Below, one piece after another: positions 9,874-19,101 of a stretch of DNA of 28,213 nucleotides. The translations under genes were made by a program, and so were the position numbers. The DNA comes from Bdellovibrionota bacterium (lineage in GTDB: Bacteria > Bdellovibrionota_C > UBA2361 > JBIKUX01), in NCBI GenBank assembly GCA_044347345.1, contig JBIKUX010000029.1, positions 1 to 28,213 of the forward strand, given 5' to 3'. The first letter of the stretch is position 1. Each line of letters starts with the position of its first letter. The notes below the pieces were generated by a model that saw nothing but the letters and a program-made list of their open reading frames with translations, was not told where the DNA came from and did not search any database.

Positions 9874-11025
9874 CTAAATTCGCTCAATAATAGTTGCTAT
9901 ACCCATTCCTAATCCAATACACATAGTAATTAATGCATATCTCCCTTTAATTCTTTCTAGCTCATCAAGAGCAGTCCCAATCAGCATGGCACCCGTAGCT
10001 CCCAGCGGATGTCCAAGAGATATGCCACCACCGTTAGGATTTATCCGCTCTGAATCTAAATGAAGAGCATCCATTGTAATTATTGGAACAGGTGCAAAAG
10101 CTTCATTAATTTCCCAGACAGATATGTCATCGACAGATAAGTTAGCTCGTTTTAGTGCGCCCTTTGATGCTGCAATTGGACCAGTAAGCATAAGCAGTGG
10201 ATCGGAGCCACAAACAAATGAAGTCACTATTCTTGCTCTTGGAGTAAGTTTAAATTTCCCTAGTGCCTTTTCGCTCATTAGCAACACCGCTGCGGCACCA
10301 TCAACAATAGCTGATGAATTACCGGCGGTAATTATCCCATCTTCCCGAAATACAGGGGTAAGTTTTTGCAAAGCCTCGAGAGAGGTCGATTCTCGCACTG
10401 TGTCATCACTGGATAAATGCGCAATCTCCCCTCTTTCATTCTTATAAGGAATAGGAATAATACTTTTACAAAATCGCCCTTCCTTTAGTGCTCTGGCTGC
10501 TCGTTGTTGTGAAAGAAAAGAAAAAACATCAATACGTTCACGAGATAGTTGATATTCCTTGACTATCAGTTCAGCAGCTTCGCCTTGTTGCACTAGATGA
10601 GGGTGGTGCAATTTGATTAATTGACTATCTTCTCCACCACAATCGCTAAACATAGGTACTCTGGTCATATGCTCAACACCACCAGCGATAAGAACTTCTG
10701 CATCTCCAGAAGCAATCGTCTGAGCTGCGGTATTTACCGCTTGTTGACCTGACCCACATAATCTATTAATCGTTACCCCTGGAATCTCTATTGGCAATCC
10801 AGCCGCAAGTATACTACGACGAGCAATGCACCATCCTTGCTCAGTGATTTGAGTAACACAGCCAATAAAAATATCCTCAACGGAATCTTCAGAAATCTTC
10901 GATCGGTCAAAAATTGCTTTAATGGGAAAGGTCAAAAGATCTACGGGATGAATTGATGAATATTTACCTTTCTTTTTAGCTCGCGGCGTACGAACTGCAT
11001 CAACTATAAAAACAGATGTTTCCAT
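9874..11025 (-). CDS. thiolase (acetyl-CoA C-acyltransferase)
   Basis: DAVRTP, NRLCGSG, EINEAFA, GHPLGATG, CIGLGMG; ATG at 11025 preceded by GGAGG SD. Confidence 0.95.
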   Translation of the reverse strand: METSVFIVDAVRTPRAKKKGKYSSIHPVDLLTFPIKAIFDRSKISEDSVEDIFIGCVTQITEQGWCIARRSILAAGLPIEIPGVTINRLCGSGQQAVNTAAQTIASGDAEVLIAGGVEHMTRVPMFSDCGGEDSQLIKLHHPHLVQQGEAAELIVKEYQLSRERIDVFSFLSQQRAARALKEGRFCKSIIPIPYKNERGEIAHLSSDDTVRESTSLEALQKLTPVFREDGIITAGNSSAIVDGAAAVLLMSEKALGKFKLTPRARIVTSFVCGSDPLLMLTGPIAASKGALKRANLSVDDISVWEINEAFAPVPIITMDALHLDSERINPNGGGISLGHPLGATGAMLIGTALDELERIKGRYALITMCIGLGMGIATIIERI

Positions 11026-11318
11026 ACCTTCCTCCGGAAGTCTCACTTGTAATGACCTAACCAAAACTATACACAATACTTCGGCCTCACAGTAGAAAGC
11101 ATTATTTTTTGATACCAACAACCTGATCTCTATGGATGAAATATAATGGTGTCAATTTCTGAAAAAAACGGCTCGCGTTTTTAAAATCGCCTGATATTAT
11201 GGAAGGTATTTGTAATTCAAACCTCAGTGGTTCACTGAACTCTTAACAGATAGAGTTTTAGAATATACGTCAAAAATAGCATTGGAATATTTTATTTTAA
11301 AGAAATTAGAGACTAATT

Positions 11319-12644
11319 ATGAAAAGTGGAAATGCTAAAATCCATCAAATATTTGATGATTACCGAGTCAAAGACATAACTCTAGCGGAATGGGGACGAA
11401 AAGAGATAGAAATTGCTGAAAAAGAAATGCCGGGTCTAATGGCTCTTAGAAAAGAGTACAGCTCAACTCAACCTCTTAAAGGAGCTAGAATTGCTGGATG
11501 TCTACACATGACAATTGAAACGGCGATTCTAATAGAAACTTTAGTTGCGCTGGGAGCTGAAGTTCGGTGGTCTAGTTGTAATATTTATTCAACTCAAGAC
11601 CAAGCGGCTGCAGCGGTTGCAGCAGTCGGTATACCGGTATTCGCTTGGAAGGGAGAAACTTTAGAAGAATACGATTGGTGTATTGAACAGACTCTTAGGT
11701 TTGGAGATCAAGGTCCAAACATGATACTTGACGATGGGGGCGACCTAACTATCCTTATACACGACAAGCATCCACATCTTCTCACAGACGTGATCGGAAT
11801 ATCTGAAGAAACAACGACGGGAGTACATCGTCTGTATCAAATGCTCGAGAAAGGTGTCTTAAAAGTACCAGCATTTAACGTAAATGACTCTGTAACCAAG
11901 TCAAAATTTGATAATTTGTACGGATGTCGAGAATCACTTGCTGACGGCATAAAACGTGCCACCGATATAATGGTCGCAGGAAAAGTTGTATGTGTCGCTG
12001 GATTTGGTGATGTAGGAAAAGGCTGTGCTCAATCAATGCGTAGCTACGGAGCCAGAGTTTTAATCACTGAAATTGACCCCATTAATGCCCTTCAAGCGGC
12101 AATGGATGGATACGAAGTTGTAACAATGGAGAATGCCGCACCTCGATGTGACATTTTTGTTACTGCTACTGGAAACATTAATGTTATCAATGGTGACCAT
12201 TTCAAAGTAATGAAGGATCAAGCAATCCTGTGTAATATTGGTCACTTCGACAACGAAATTAATGTAGAGTGGTTAGAAAAAAATAAGGAGATACAAGAAG
12301 TATCTATTAAACCTCAGGTTGATAAATTTATTTTTCCAAATGGTAAGTCTTTAATTCTACTTGCTCGTGGAAGGCTTGTTAATCTAGGTTGTGCTACTGG
12401 GCATCCCAGCTTCGTTATGTCTGCTTCCTTTACCAATCAAGTTCTAGCTCAAATAGAGCTCTATACTAATCAAGGAAAGTATCCAGTCGGAGTATATGTA
12501 CTTCCAAAGATCCTAGACGAGAAAGTTGCTCATCTGCATCTGGAAAAATTGGGAGTCAATCTAACTAAGCTCACAGCAGAACAAGCAAAATACTTAGGCA
12601 TATCAGACCAAGGACCATTTAAGCCTGAGCATTATCGCTACTAA
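11319..12644 (+). CDS. ahcY: adenosylhomocysteinase
   Basis: [58 protein letters not shown]-terminal HYRY. Confidence 0.98.
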   Translation: MKSGNAKIHQIFDDYRVKDITLAEWGRKEIEIAEKEMPGLMALRKEYSSTQPLKGARIAGCLHMTIETAILIETLVALGAEVRWSSCNIYSTQDQAAAAVAAVGIPVFAWKGETLEEYDWCIEQTLRFGDQGPNMILDDGGDLTILIHDKHPHLLTDVIGISEETTTGVHRLYQMLEKGVLKVPAFNVNDSVTKSKFDNLYGCRESLADGIKRATDIMVAGKVVCVAGFGDVGKGCAQSMRSYGARVLITEIDPINALQAAMDGYEVVTMENAAPRCDIFVTATGNINVINGDHFKVMKDQAILCNIGHFDNEINVEWLEKNKEIQEVSIKPQVDKFIFPNGKSLILLARGRLVNLGCATGHPSFVMSASFTNQVLAQIELYTNQGKYPVGVYVLPKILDEKVAHLHLEKLGVNLTKLTAEQAKYLGISDQGPFKPEHYRY

Positions 12645-12654
12645 CAAACATCAT

Positions 12655-12690
12655 ATGTTAACTAATCTCTTAACAGAGATTAGTTAACAT
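12655..12690. terminator. perfect 16-bp inverted repeat after ahcY (hairpin, probable terminator or stabiliser)
   Basis: ATGTTAACTAATCTCT-TAAC-AGAGATTAGTTAACAT; no U-tract on the plus strand. Confidence 0.55.
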
Positions 12691-12762
12691 CGTAAAAACA
12701 CCAATATTTTTCAATTACCAAAACCTAATTTACAAACTTGTTCTTCCCATTTCATCAATATT

Positions 12763-12789
12763 TAAGCAATTTATATTTTTATCCGACCC
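12763..12789 (+). promoter_or_regulatory. putative sigma28 (FliA-type) promoter
   Basis: TAAG-N15-TCCGACCC upstream of pseudo-receiver paralog B. Confidence 0.45.
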
Positions 12790-12851
12790 TTAAAAAGACA
12801 ATAAAATAAAGTTGATTGGGCTCGCATAAAATATAACTGTCTGGGAAGCTA

Positions 12852-13562
12852 ATGCGAAAATTTAATACTCTTTTAATAGACAGCGATACTAGCACTAGGA
12901 GTACTCTTTCTCAGGCATGTTCTGAAGTCATAGATTTTGGAGAGTTTCATTTCTACCGAACGCTTGAAAATGGTCTCGCTGTTCTGGCTGACAAAGATAT
13001 ACTAATTAATGTAGTATTTGTTTCTGTAAAATTTGACGAAGATTCTATAATTGATTTTCTACAAAGAGCGACTAACACCATTAATGGAGAGCGGTGTACA
13101 TTTATTTCTCTATGTACGCCCCCCTATACTAAAGAAACAGACAAAAAAAAAGCACTTCCAGGATTCCTCGGATCGATACAAGCGCCATTTTCTATTGAAG
13201 CTCTCACTCAGTTAACAAGATCTTCAGATTCTGCTCGTCAGGCAATAGAGCAAAAAAAATTAGAGGATAATATTAGACGTATTATCAGTGAAACAAGCAC
13301 TTTACTAAAAGTAGTCGCAAAACTTCAATCTAGTGGCTATACCGCTGAGTTACAAAAACAACAATTAAAATCACTTGGAGAAAAGATAAAGTCCTTGCAT
13401 AAAACTCAAAAAACCAAATATTTTGAAATTCTGATAGAGATATTTTCTACTACTCCATCTCCTGAAGTTCTTCCTGACCGTTTTAATTATTCAGGAGCAA
13501 GCACTCGCCTAAAGAAACGCTTTAAAAATGAAATTATTTCTGAATTAAAGAAAAATTCTTAA
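12852..13562 (+). CDS. pseudo-receiver protein, paralog B of 1551..2246
   Basis: TLLIDSD..R..L, NVVFVS, APFS; C-terminal YSGASTRLKKRF; collinear with paralog A over its full length. Confidence 0.6.
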   Translation: MRKFNTLLIDSDTSTRSTLSQACSEVIDFGEFHFYRTLENGLAVLADKDILINVVFVSVKFDEDSIIDFLQRATNTINGERCTFISLCTPPYTKETDKKKALPGFLGSIQAPFSIEALTQLTRSSDSARQAIEQKKLEDNIRRIISETSTLLKVVAKLQSSGYTAELQKQQLKSLGEKIKSLHKTQKTKYFEILIEIFSTTPSPEVLPDRFNYSGASTRLKKRFKNEIISELKKNS

Positions 13563-13581
13563 TACAAAGGAGCTAACTAAG

Positions 13582-14811
13582 ATGTCTGAAATAGCTGTCA
13601 GTATATTTACAGCTTTTTTAGGAGGCTTACTCTTAAATGTAATGCCCTGTGTTTTTCCAATAATTTCCCTTAAAGCGATGCAAATTATGCAGGGAGGGAA
13701 CTCAGCAAAAGAACTTAAGATTCATTCAATATTATTTACCAGCGGAGTTCTTATTTCTTTTTGGTTAGTAGTGGGTATCCTTATTTTACTCCGCGCCGGT
13801 GGACAACAGATTGGGTGGGGTTTTCAACTGCAATATCCTGGCTTTGTAATATTTATAGCAATTATTCTTTTCATCTGGTCGTTAAATCTTCTTGATGTTT
13901 TTTCTTTTGGAACAAAACTGCAAAGCGTTGCGGGTGGCGTAAATATACCTAAAGGTCAGATGGGTGCCTTTATGACAGGTGTTATTGCAACACTTATTGC
14001 GACACCATGTACAGCTCCTTTTATGGGAACAGCCATTTCTTTTGCACTCTCTCTTTCTTGGTACTATTCACTAGCTATTTTTTCTTCATTAGCCTTAGGA
14101 ATGTCGCTGCCCTACTTACTTCTAGGGTTTATCCCCAAACTAGCCACTTACTTACCAAGACCAGGAGCTTGGATGGAAATAATGAAAAAACTCCTAGCAT
14201 TTCCTCTCTTTATTACCTCATGGTGGCTTATAGGGGTGTATTATGATCAGATGGGAGACAAGGCTCTTTTTGCTGTTTTATTGTCCTTAATTTTAATAAG
14301 TCTAGCAAGCTTTATTTATGGCCTAAGCCAGTATCCTAGTCGTAGTAGAAATAACCGATTTATCCTAAGAACCATATCTTTGGGTATTTTAGCTTTTTCT
14401 ACCATGCATGTTGCATCACAAGAAAAACTCAATACAACCGTAGTTAGTAGTACAAAAAAGACACTATGGCAGCCATACTCCGCTCAAAATCTACTTCAAT
14501 TTATTAATCAAAAAAAACCGGTCTTTATCGATTTTACTGCCTCTTGGTGTATTACCTGTCAATTAAATAAAAAAACAGTTCTATCTACCTCTACAATGAG
14601 TGAATACTTCCTAAGGAAAGGAATTATAACCATGAGAGCTGATTGGACTAATCAAGACGAAGAAATCACAAAAGCACTGCAATCTCTGGGAAGAGATGGA
14701 GTCCCTGTATATGCCTTTTACTATCCGGGTAGCGATAATAAGCCATATCTTTTCCCAACAATACTAACCTCAGACAGTGTTAAGAGTACAATTGACTCGC
14801 TCTTGTTTTAG
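13582..14811 (+). CDS. DsbD-family protein-disulfide reductase (TM domain plus C-terminal thioredoxin domain)
   Basis: LNVMPCVFP, ATPCTAPF, LPRPGAWM, FIDFTASWCITC, ADWT, GVP. Confidence 0.9.
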   Translation: MSEIAVSIFTAFLGGLLLNVMPCVFPIISLKAMQIMQGGNSAKELKIHSILFTSGVLISFWLVVGILILLRAGGQQIGWGFQLQYPGFVIFIAIILFIWSLNLLDVFSFGTKLQSVAGGVNIPKGQMGAFMTGVIATLIATPCTAPFMGTAISFALSLSWYYSLAIFSSLALGMSLPYLLLGFIPKLATYLPRPGAWMEIMKKLLAFPLFITSWWLIGVYYDQMGDKALFAVLLSLILISLASFIYGLSQYPSRSRNNRFILRTISLGILAFSTMHVASQEKLNTTVVSSTKKTLWQPYSAQNLLQFINQKKPVFIDFTASWCITCQLNKKTVLSTSTMSEYFLRKGIITMRADWTNQDEEITKALQSLGRDGVPVYAFYYPGSDNKPYLFPTILTSDSVKSTIDSLLF

Positions 14812-14859
14812 ACCAGTATAAAAAATAAAAGCATAGCCTTAAAATCAACTTTGCTTTAC

Positions 14860-15921
14860 TTAACGCACAAATGCGAATCCCAGTAGAACCCCACACATGA
14901 CAGTTATCAAGATTAAAGCGACATATTGATACTGATTTATGATCTGTGACACGGTTTCTAAAGATATAGGGGAAAACCTCAATCGACCAACGTCTGATAA
15001 ACACAACTCAGAAGAATTTAAATACAGATTTTGTTGATTAATTTTTACCTCATTGTCTTCGCTAAAATACTGTAATAAACGACTAAAAATCCTCTGAGGT
15101 TTAATACCACTGGATTTGACGATGCCGGATTTATACACATAAGGCGCGTAGGCCTCTGCAACTATAAAGGTAAAATTATCTGGACTTCCGCGCTCATTCA
15201 GTATGCTCACTATTCTATCGAGCGACAAACCTTTTTGTCCTGAAGCAAACCAGCTACTAAGCTCTTCCTCAGACGCCAAAGCTGTTACTCCATCAGTAAC
15301 AAGTAAGATCTTTGACTGATACAAGACTTTAATGTCTAGCTTTATACAGTCAATTTTTAACAATCCATCACTCCCTACCGCTTGTGTTAACACATGTTGA
15401 GCTGGATGCATTTGTGCTGATGCTTCGTCTAGCACACCTAGAGTTAGCATCTCTTGGACTATAGTGTGGTCGCTTGTAATAGCCTCAATAAAAGGCTCAC
15501 CTTGATGCACTAAATAAGCTCTAGAATCTCCAACATGAATTAAATAAGCAACGGTTGTGTCTATTACTATGGCTGTTAAAGTAGTTGCTACTCCATTATG
15601 AGCAGAGCGTTCGACTTTCAACCTCTGCACAGCCTTATGTGCATGTCTAACCGCTCTCTTACATGAATCCTTATTTAACTTTGGCTCTCTATCTAGGGCA
15701 CGTTGAAACTCTCTAAGAGCTAGGCTTGAGGCTTCTTCTCCATAATCACCACCTCCAACACCATCAGCAACGGCAAAAATTGCTCTATTATTCTGTACAA
15801 CTGCAAGGTAGGAATCTTCATTGCGCTGACGCTTCTTTCCTCTATCTGAACGTGCAGAATAACGAAATGGAATCGCAGCCACATAAGTGCTGTCAGCTAG
15901 AGTAGACGATTCAAATGTCAC
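14860..15921 (-). CDS. PP2C-family Ser/Thr protein phosphatase with C-terminal TM segment
   Basis: G..R..NED, AVADGVGG, TTLT, HVGDSRAY, DH, LTQAVG, TDG, GSPDN. Confidence 0.9.
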   Translation of the reverse strand: MTFESSTLADSTYVAAIPFRYSARSDRGKKRQRNEDSYLAVVQNNRAIFAVADGVGGGDYGEEASSLALREFQRALDREPKLNKDSCKRAVRHAHKAVQRLKVERSAHNGVATTLTAIVIDTTVAYLIHVGDSRAYLVHQGEPFIEAITSDHTIVQEMLTLGVLDEASAQMHPAQHVLTQAVGSDGLLKIDCIKLDIKVLYQSKILLVTDGVTALASEEELSSWFASGQKGLSLDRIVSILNERGSPDNFTFIVAEAYAPYVYKSGIVKSSGIKPQRIFSRLLQYFSEDNEVKINQQNLYLNSSELCLSDVGRLRFSPISLETVSQIINQYQYVALILITVMCGVLLGFAFVR

Positions 15922-16223
15922 AATAATTTATAGAAACAAAAAGTAAAATTAATGGTAGTACCATGAACAAGTAATACACCTGCATCAGTCAAGTCACACA
16001 GCGATGCAACAGACAGACGTTGCTTACTAACCAGATACTAACTGTTATTGATAATCTTACTCTTGTTACACCTAAAAATTACGAAAAATTCTTAGTACAT
16101 AAAAAACATACAAAAATTAACTAATTAGTAGAAGCTTTTAAATATTCTTTTAAATTTCTTGATCGAGTATTGACTTTTTTAAACAAGTTTTAATTCTTTT
16201 CCAGAAAGAAAATAATTAAGGAG

Positions 16224-18920
16224 TCATAAGTAATTTGCTATTTTAGTCAATGCCTCATCTATACAATTAGGCTCTACTCCCCCTATAAAGGCTGAATCAG
16301 GTTTACCTCCTCCTTTGCCGCCTAGAATCGGAGCTAGGCTTTTTACTAATTCATTGGCACTCACATAACTAGTTAGACTTTTACTAACTTTTATCACAAC
16401 TGCACCCAACTGTTTGGAGGCTACCACTACAACACCTGAACCAACTATCGTTAAAACTTCACTAGCTATGTCAAGCATTAGCTCTTTTGATGTTATCTCA
16501 ACATTTGCTGCTACAAGCTTAATATTGCCAGTGGCTGACGTAGAAACAACAGAGGGATTCATCGCTAAATCTTTTGCAACAAGTCGAGCAATAAGAGAGT
16601 CTCTAGCTTTAAGCTCTTTTATAAGAAGCTTATTTTCGGTGACTAATGCTTCAACTTTATTTGTTAACTGCTTAGCACTTGTTTTAAAAACTCCACTTAA
16701 GTCATGCAAAATATTATGTGATTCCTGAAAAGCTAGTATACCAGCTTTACCAGCTTTTCCCTCAATTCGACGCACCCCGGCCGATACGCTACCTTCACTT
16801 TCAATCATAAAGAAACCAATCTCTCCGGACGATTTAACGTGAGTGCCACCACACAGCTCTATTGATTGTCCAATTTGAACAACACGAACAATTTCCCCAT
16901 ACTTTTCACCAAAAGTAGCGATAGCTCCTAAAGCCTTTGCTGCATCTAAGGTTAACTCCTGAGTAACTACAGGATGATTTGACCGAATTTCCTCGTTAAT
17001 AATATTTTCGATATTTTTAATATCACTATGCGATACTGCTGAAGAATGCGAGAAGTCAAAACGCAAGCCACCATCTGCAACATAAGAGCCTCGCTGAATA
17101 ACATGAGATCCCAATACTTTTCTTAGTACACTGTTGAGAATATGAGTTGCTGAATGATGCACACAAATGCGCTGTCTTGATACAGCGTCAACTCTCAATA
17201 TAACTGACTCGCCTTCCTGCCTTGCATCTAGCGGGGGTAATCCTTGAGATAAGTTTATAAAATGAGCAAAAGCTCCAGTATCTATCTTTCGAGTTGTTAC
17301 AACTGGGTAATTTATACCGCCTATTGTTACCGTGCCTGAATCGCCAATTTGACCACCCATCTCAGCATAAAAAGGCGTATCAGTAACAAATAATGGTTGT
17401 AAATTATCTGCTCCTGGTGGTAACACCGCTACAATTTTAGCTTGTTCTTCTAAGGAATCGTAACCAGTAAACCGTGATGAGCCGCAGTCTTTACTAGAAA
17501 CTATTTGACTTAATCCATCACCAAAAAAAGAAGATGAGCCTACTCGCGAACGTTCTCGCTGAGCCTCTAGCGATTTAGCGTAACCCTCATCATCAAGAAA
17601 CATACCTAGTTGGAAAAGAACATCACGAGTAAGATCAACCGGGAATCCAAATGTATCATATAGTTTAAAGGCTATATCTCCAGGTAAAGTGTAACCTGAA
17701 GCCTTACCAACTAAAGCTTCATTTAATAATGAAATGCCATGATCTAGAGTTACTCGAAAGCGAGCCTCCTCTTGATCAACAAGAGCAAGTATTTTTTCTT
17801 TGTGCTGATGCAACTCTGGATAAGATTCTCCCATAGAGTGAATGACTTGCCTTACCGTATGCTTCATAAAAGGCTCTGATAAGTTGAGCTCAGCGCCAAA
17901 TCTTATAGCCCTTCTTAGAAGGCGACGAAGTACATAATTTTCTCCCTCATTACCTGGCACTATGCCATCAGCTATCAAAAATGCTACTGCTCTCGAATGG
18001 TCTGCTATTACTCGCATTGCAACATCAGTGTCATACTTAGATTCAGAAGAAGACTCTTCTCTGCAAAAACTCGATCCATCGTATTGTATTCCGGTCATAT
18101 CCTCTAACAAACGAATAATCGAGCGTAAATCTTCCGTATCAAAGTTAGATTGAACTCCCTGTACAACACTTGCGAGCCTTTCAAGCCCCATTCCTGTATC
18201 AATACATTGGAGAGGTAATTTAGTGATTTCGCCATTTGCATGACGAAAGAACTCCATGAAAACCAAATTCCAAATCTCTAAGTAAGTTCCATCGTCCTTC
18301 ATGAATTCATCGATATTTTGCTCATCTGGTGCTTGCCCTATATAGCAAAATATCTCTGAACAATATCCCCACGGACCTTGGTCACCCATGGCCCAAAGAT
18401 TGGACGCATCGCCTAACTTAACAATCCTTTCAGGTAAAATATCTGTATTTTTTTGCCATAAGATTCTAGCTTCTTCATCACGCTCATGCACAGATACCCA
18501 TAAAAGAGACTTAGGAAGACCGATTATTTCAGTGAGAAACTCCCACGCATACTTAATCGCGTCTTGTTTGAAGTAATCACCAAATGAAAAATTTCCAAGC
18601 ATTTCAAAAAAAGTATGATGGCGAGCTGTCTTGCCTATATTTTCGAAATCATTATGCTTTCCAGACACTCTCAAACATTTTTGACAAGTTACTGCGCGAT
18701 TATAGAGCCGCTTTTCATGACCCGCAAAAACATTCTTAAATTGCACCATGCCGCTGTTTACAAACAAAAGAGAAGGATCTCCGGTAGCGATTAAAGATGA
18801 GCTAGAAACAGAGGTATGTCCCTTGGAGACAAAGTATTCACAAAAAGCCGATCTTAATCCTTGCAGCGACTGGATTTTACCTCTAGGAGTAATAGTAAAT
18901 AGTCGGCGGGGAACTTCCAT
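16224..18920 (-). CDS. alaS: alanine--tRNA ligase
   Basis: DPSLLFVNSGMVQFK, RHHTFFEMLGNFSFGDYFK, EIWNLVF, DTGMGLER, HSATH, ELCGGTHV, GGKGGGK. Confidence 0.98.
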   Translation of the reverse strand: MEVPRRLFTITPRGKIQSLQGLRSAFCEYFVSKGHTSVSSSSLIATGDPSLLFVNSGMVQFKNVFAGHEKRLYNRAVTCQKCLRVSGKHNDFENIGKTARHHTFFEMLGNFSFGDYFKQDAIKYAWEFLTEIIGLPKSLLWVSVHERDEEARILWQKNTDILPERIVKLGDASNLWAMGDQGPWGYCSEIFCYIGQAPDEQNIDEFMKDDGTYLEIWNLVFMEFFRHANGEITKLPLQCIDTGMGLERLASVVQGVQSNFDTEDLRSIIRLLEDMTGIQYDGSSFCREESSSESKYDTDVAMRVIADHSRAVAFLIADGIVPGNEGENYVLRRLLRRAIRFGAELNLSEPFMKHTVRQVIHSMGESYPELHQHKEKILALVDQEEARFRVTLDHGISLLNEALVGKASGYTLPGDIAFKLYDTFGFPVDLTRDVLFQLGMFLDDEGYAKSLEAQRERSRVGSSSFFGDGLSQIVSSKDCGSSRFTGYDSLEEQAKIVAVLPPGADNLQPLFVTDTPFYAEMGGQIGDSGTVTIGGINYPVVTTRKIDTGAFAHFINLSQGLPPLDARQEGESVILRVDAVSRQRICVHHSATHILNSVLRKVLGSHVIQRGSYVADGGLRFDFSHSSAVSHSDIKNIENIINEEIRSNHPVVTQELTLDAAKALGAIATFGEKYGEIVRVVQIGQSIELCGGTHVKSSGEIGFFMIESEGSVSAGVRRIEGKAGKAGILAFQESHNILHDLSGVFKTSAKQLTNKVEALVTENKLLIKELKARDSLIARLVAKDLAMNPSVVSTSATGNIKLVAANVEITSKELMLDIASEVLTIVGSGVVVVASKQLGAVVIKVSKSLTSYVSANELVKSLAPILGGKGGGKPDSAFIGGVEPNCIDEALTKIANYL

Positions 18921-18967
18921 AAAACCTCGCTAATTATAATCGTTACTTGGTACCTTTGATATATAAA

Positions 18968-18993
18968 TAGATGAATACTGAGTTATTCATCTA
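18968..18993. repeat. 10-bp inverted repeat in the alaS/DUF445 divergent intergenic region
   Basis: TAGATGAATA-CTGAGT-TATTCATCTA. Confidence 0.6.
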
Positions 18994-19027
18994 GCGTCAG
19001 ACATATTTGCCTGACTTTACTGTCAAT

Positions 19028-19101
19028 GGTAACTGATGAGTAGTCTATGCTAACGTGATTATGGGAGTCTACGAAATGGAGCATATCTCACCACTCTTAC
19101 C
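19028..19101 (+). ncRNA. hammerhead-ribozyme-like fold (type I topology, imperfect stem III)
   Basis: GGTAA|CTGATGA|GTAG...CTAC|GAAA|TGG...CCAC|TC|TTACC: core motifs and stems I and II in the correct register. Confidence 0.4.

Noticed and set aside
11026..11121. N-terminal extensions from the track for thiolase (11121), DciA (5217), DUF445 (19055) and the small lipoprotein (20576)
   Set aside because: Downstream ATGs fit family N-termini and/or SD positions better.
11130..11318. SAH or SAM riboswitch upstream of ahcY
   Set aside because: The conserved GAGGAGCG...CAGGCUC core of the SAH riboswitch and the SAM-I core are not visible.
19010..19081. Type III hammerhead topology using the TTACTG/TGGTAA hairpin as stem I
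   Set aside because: No UH immediately before that hairpin and no upstream complement to TGGAG; only the type I topology fits.
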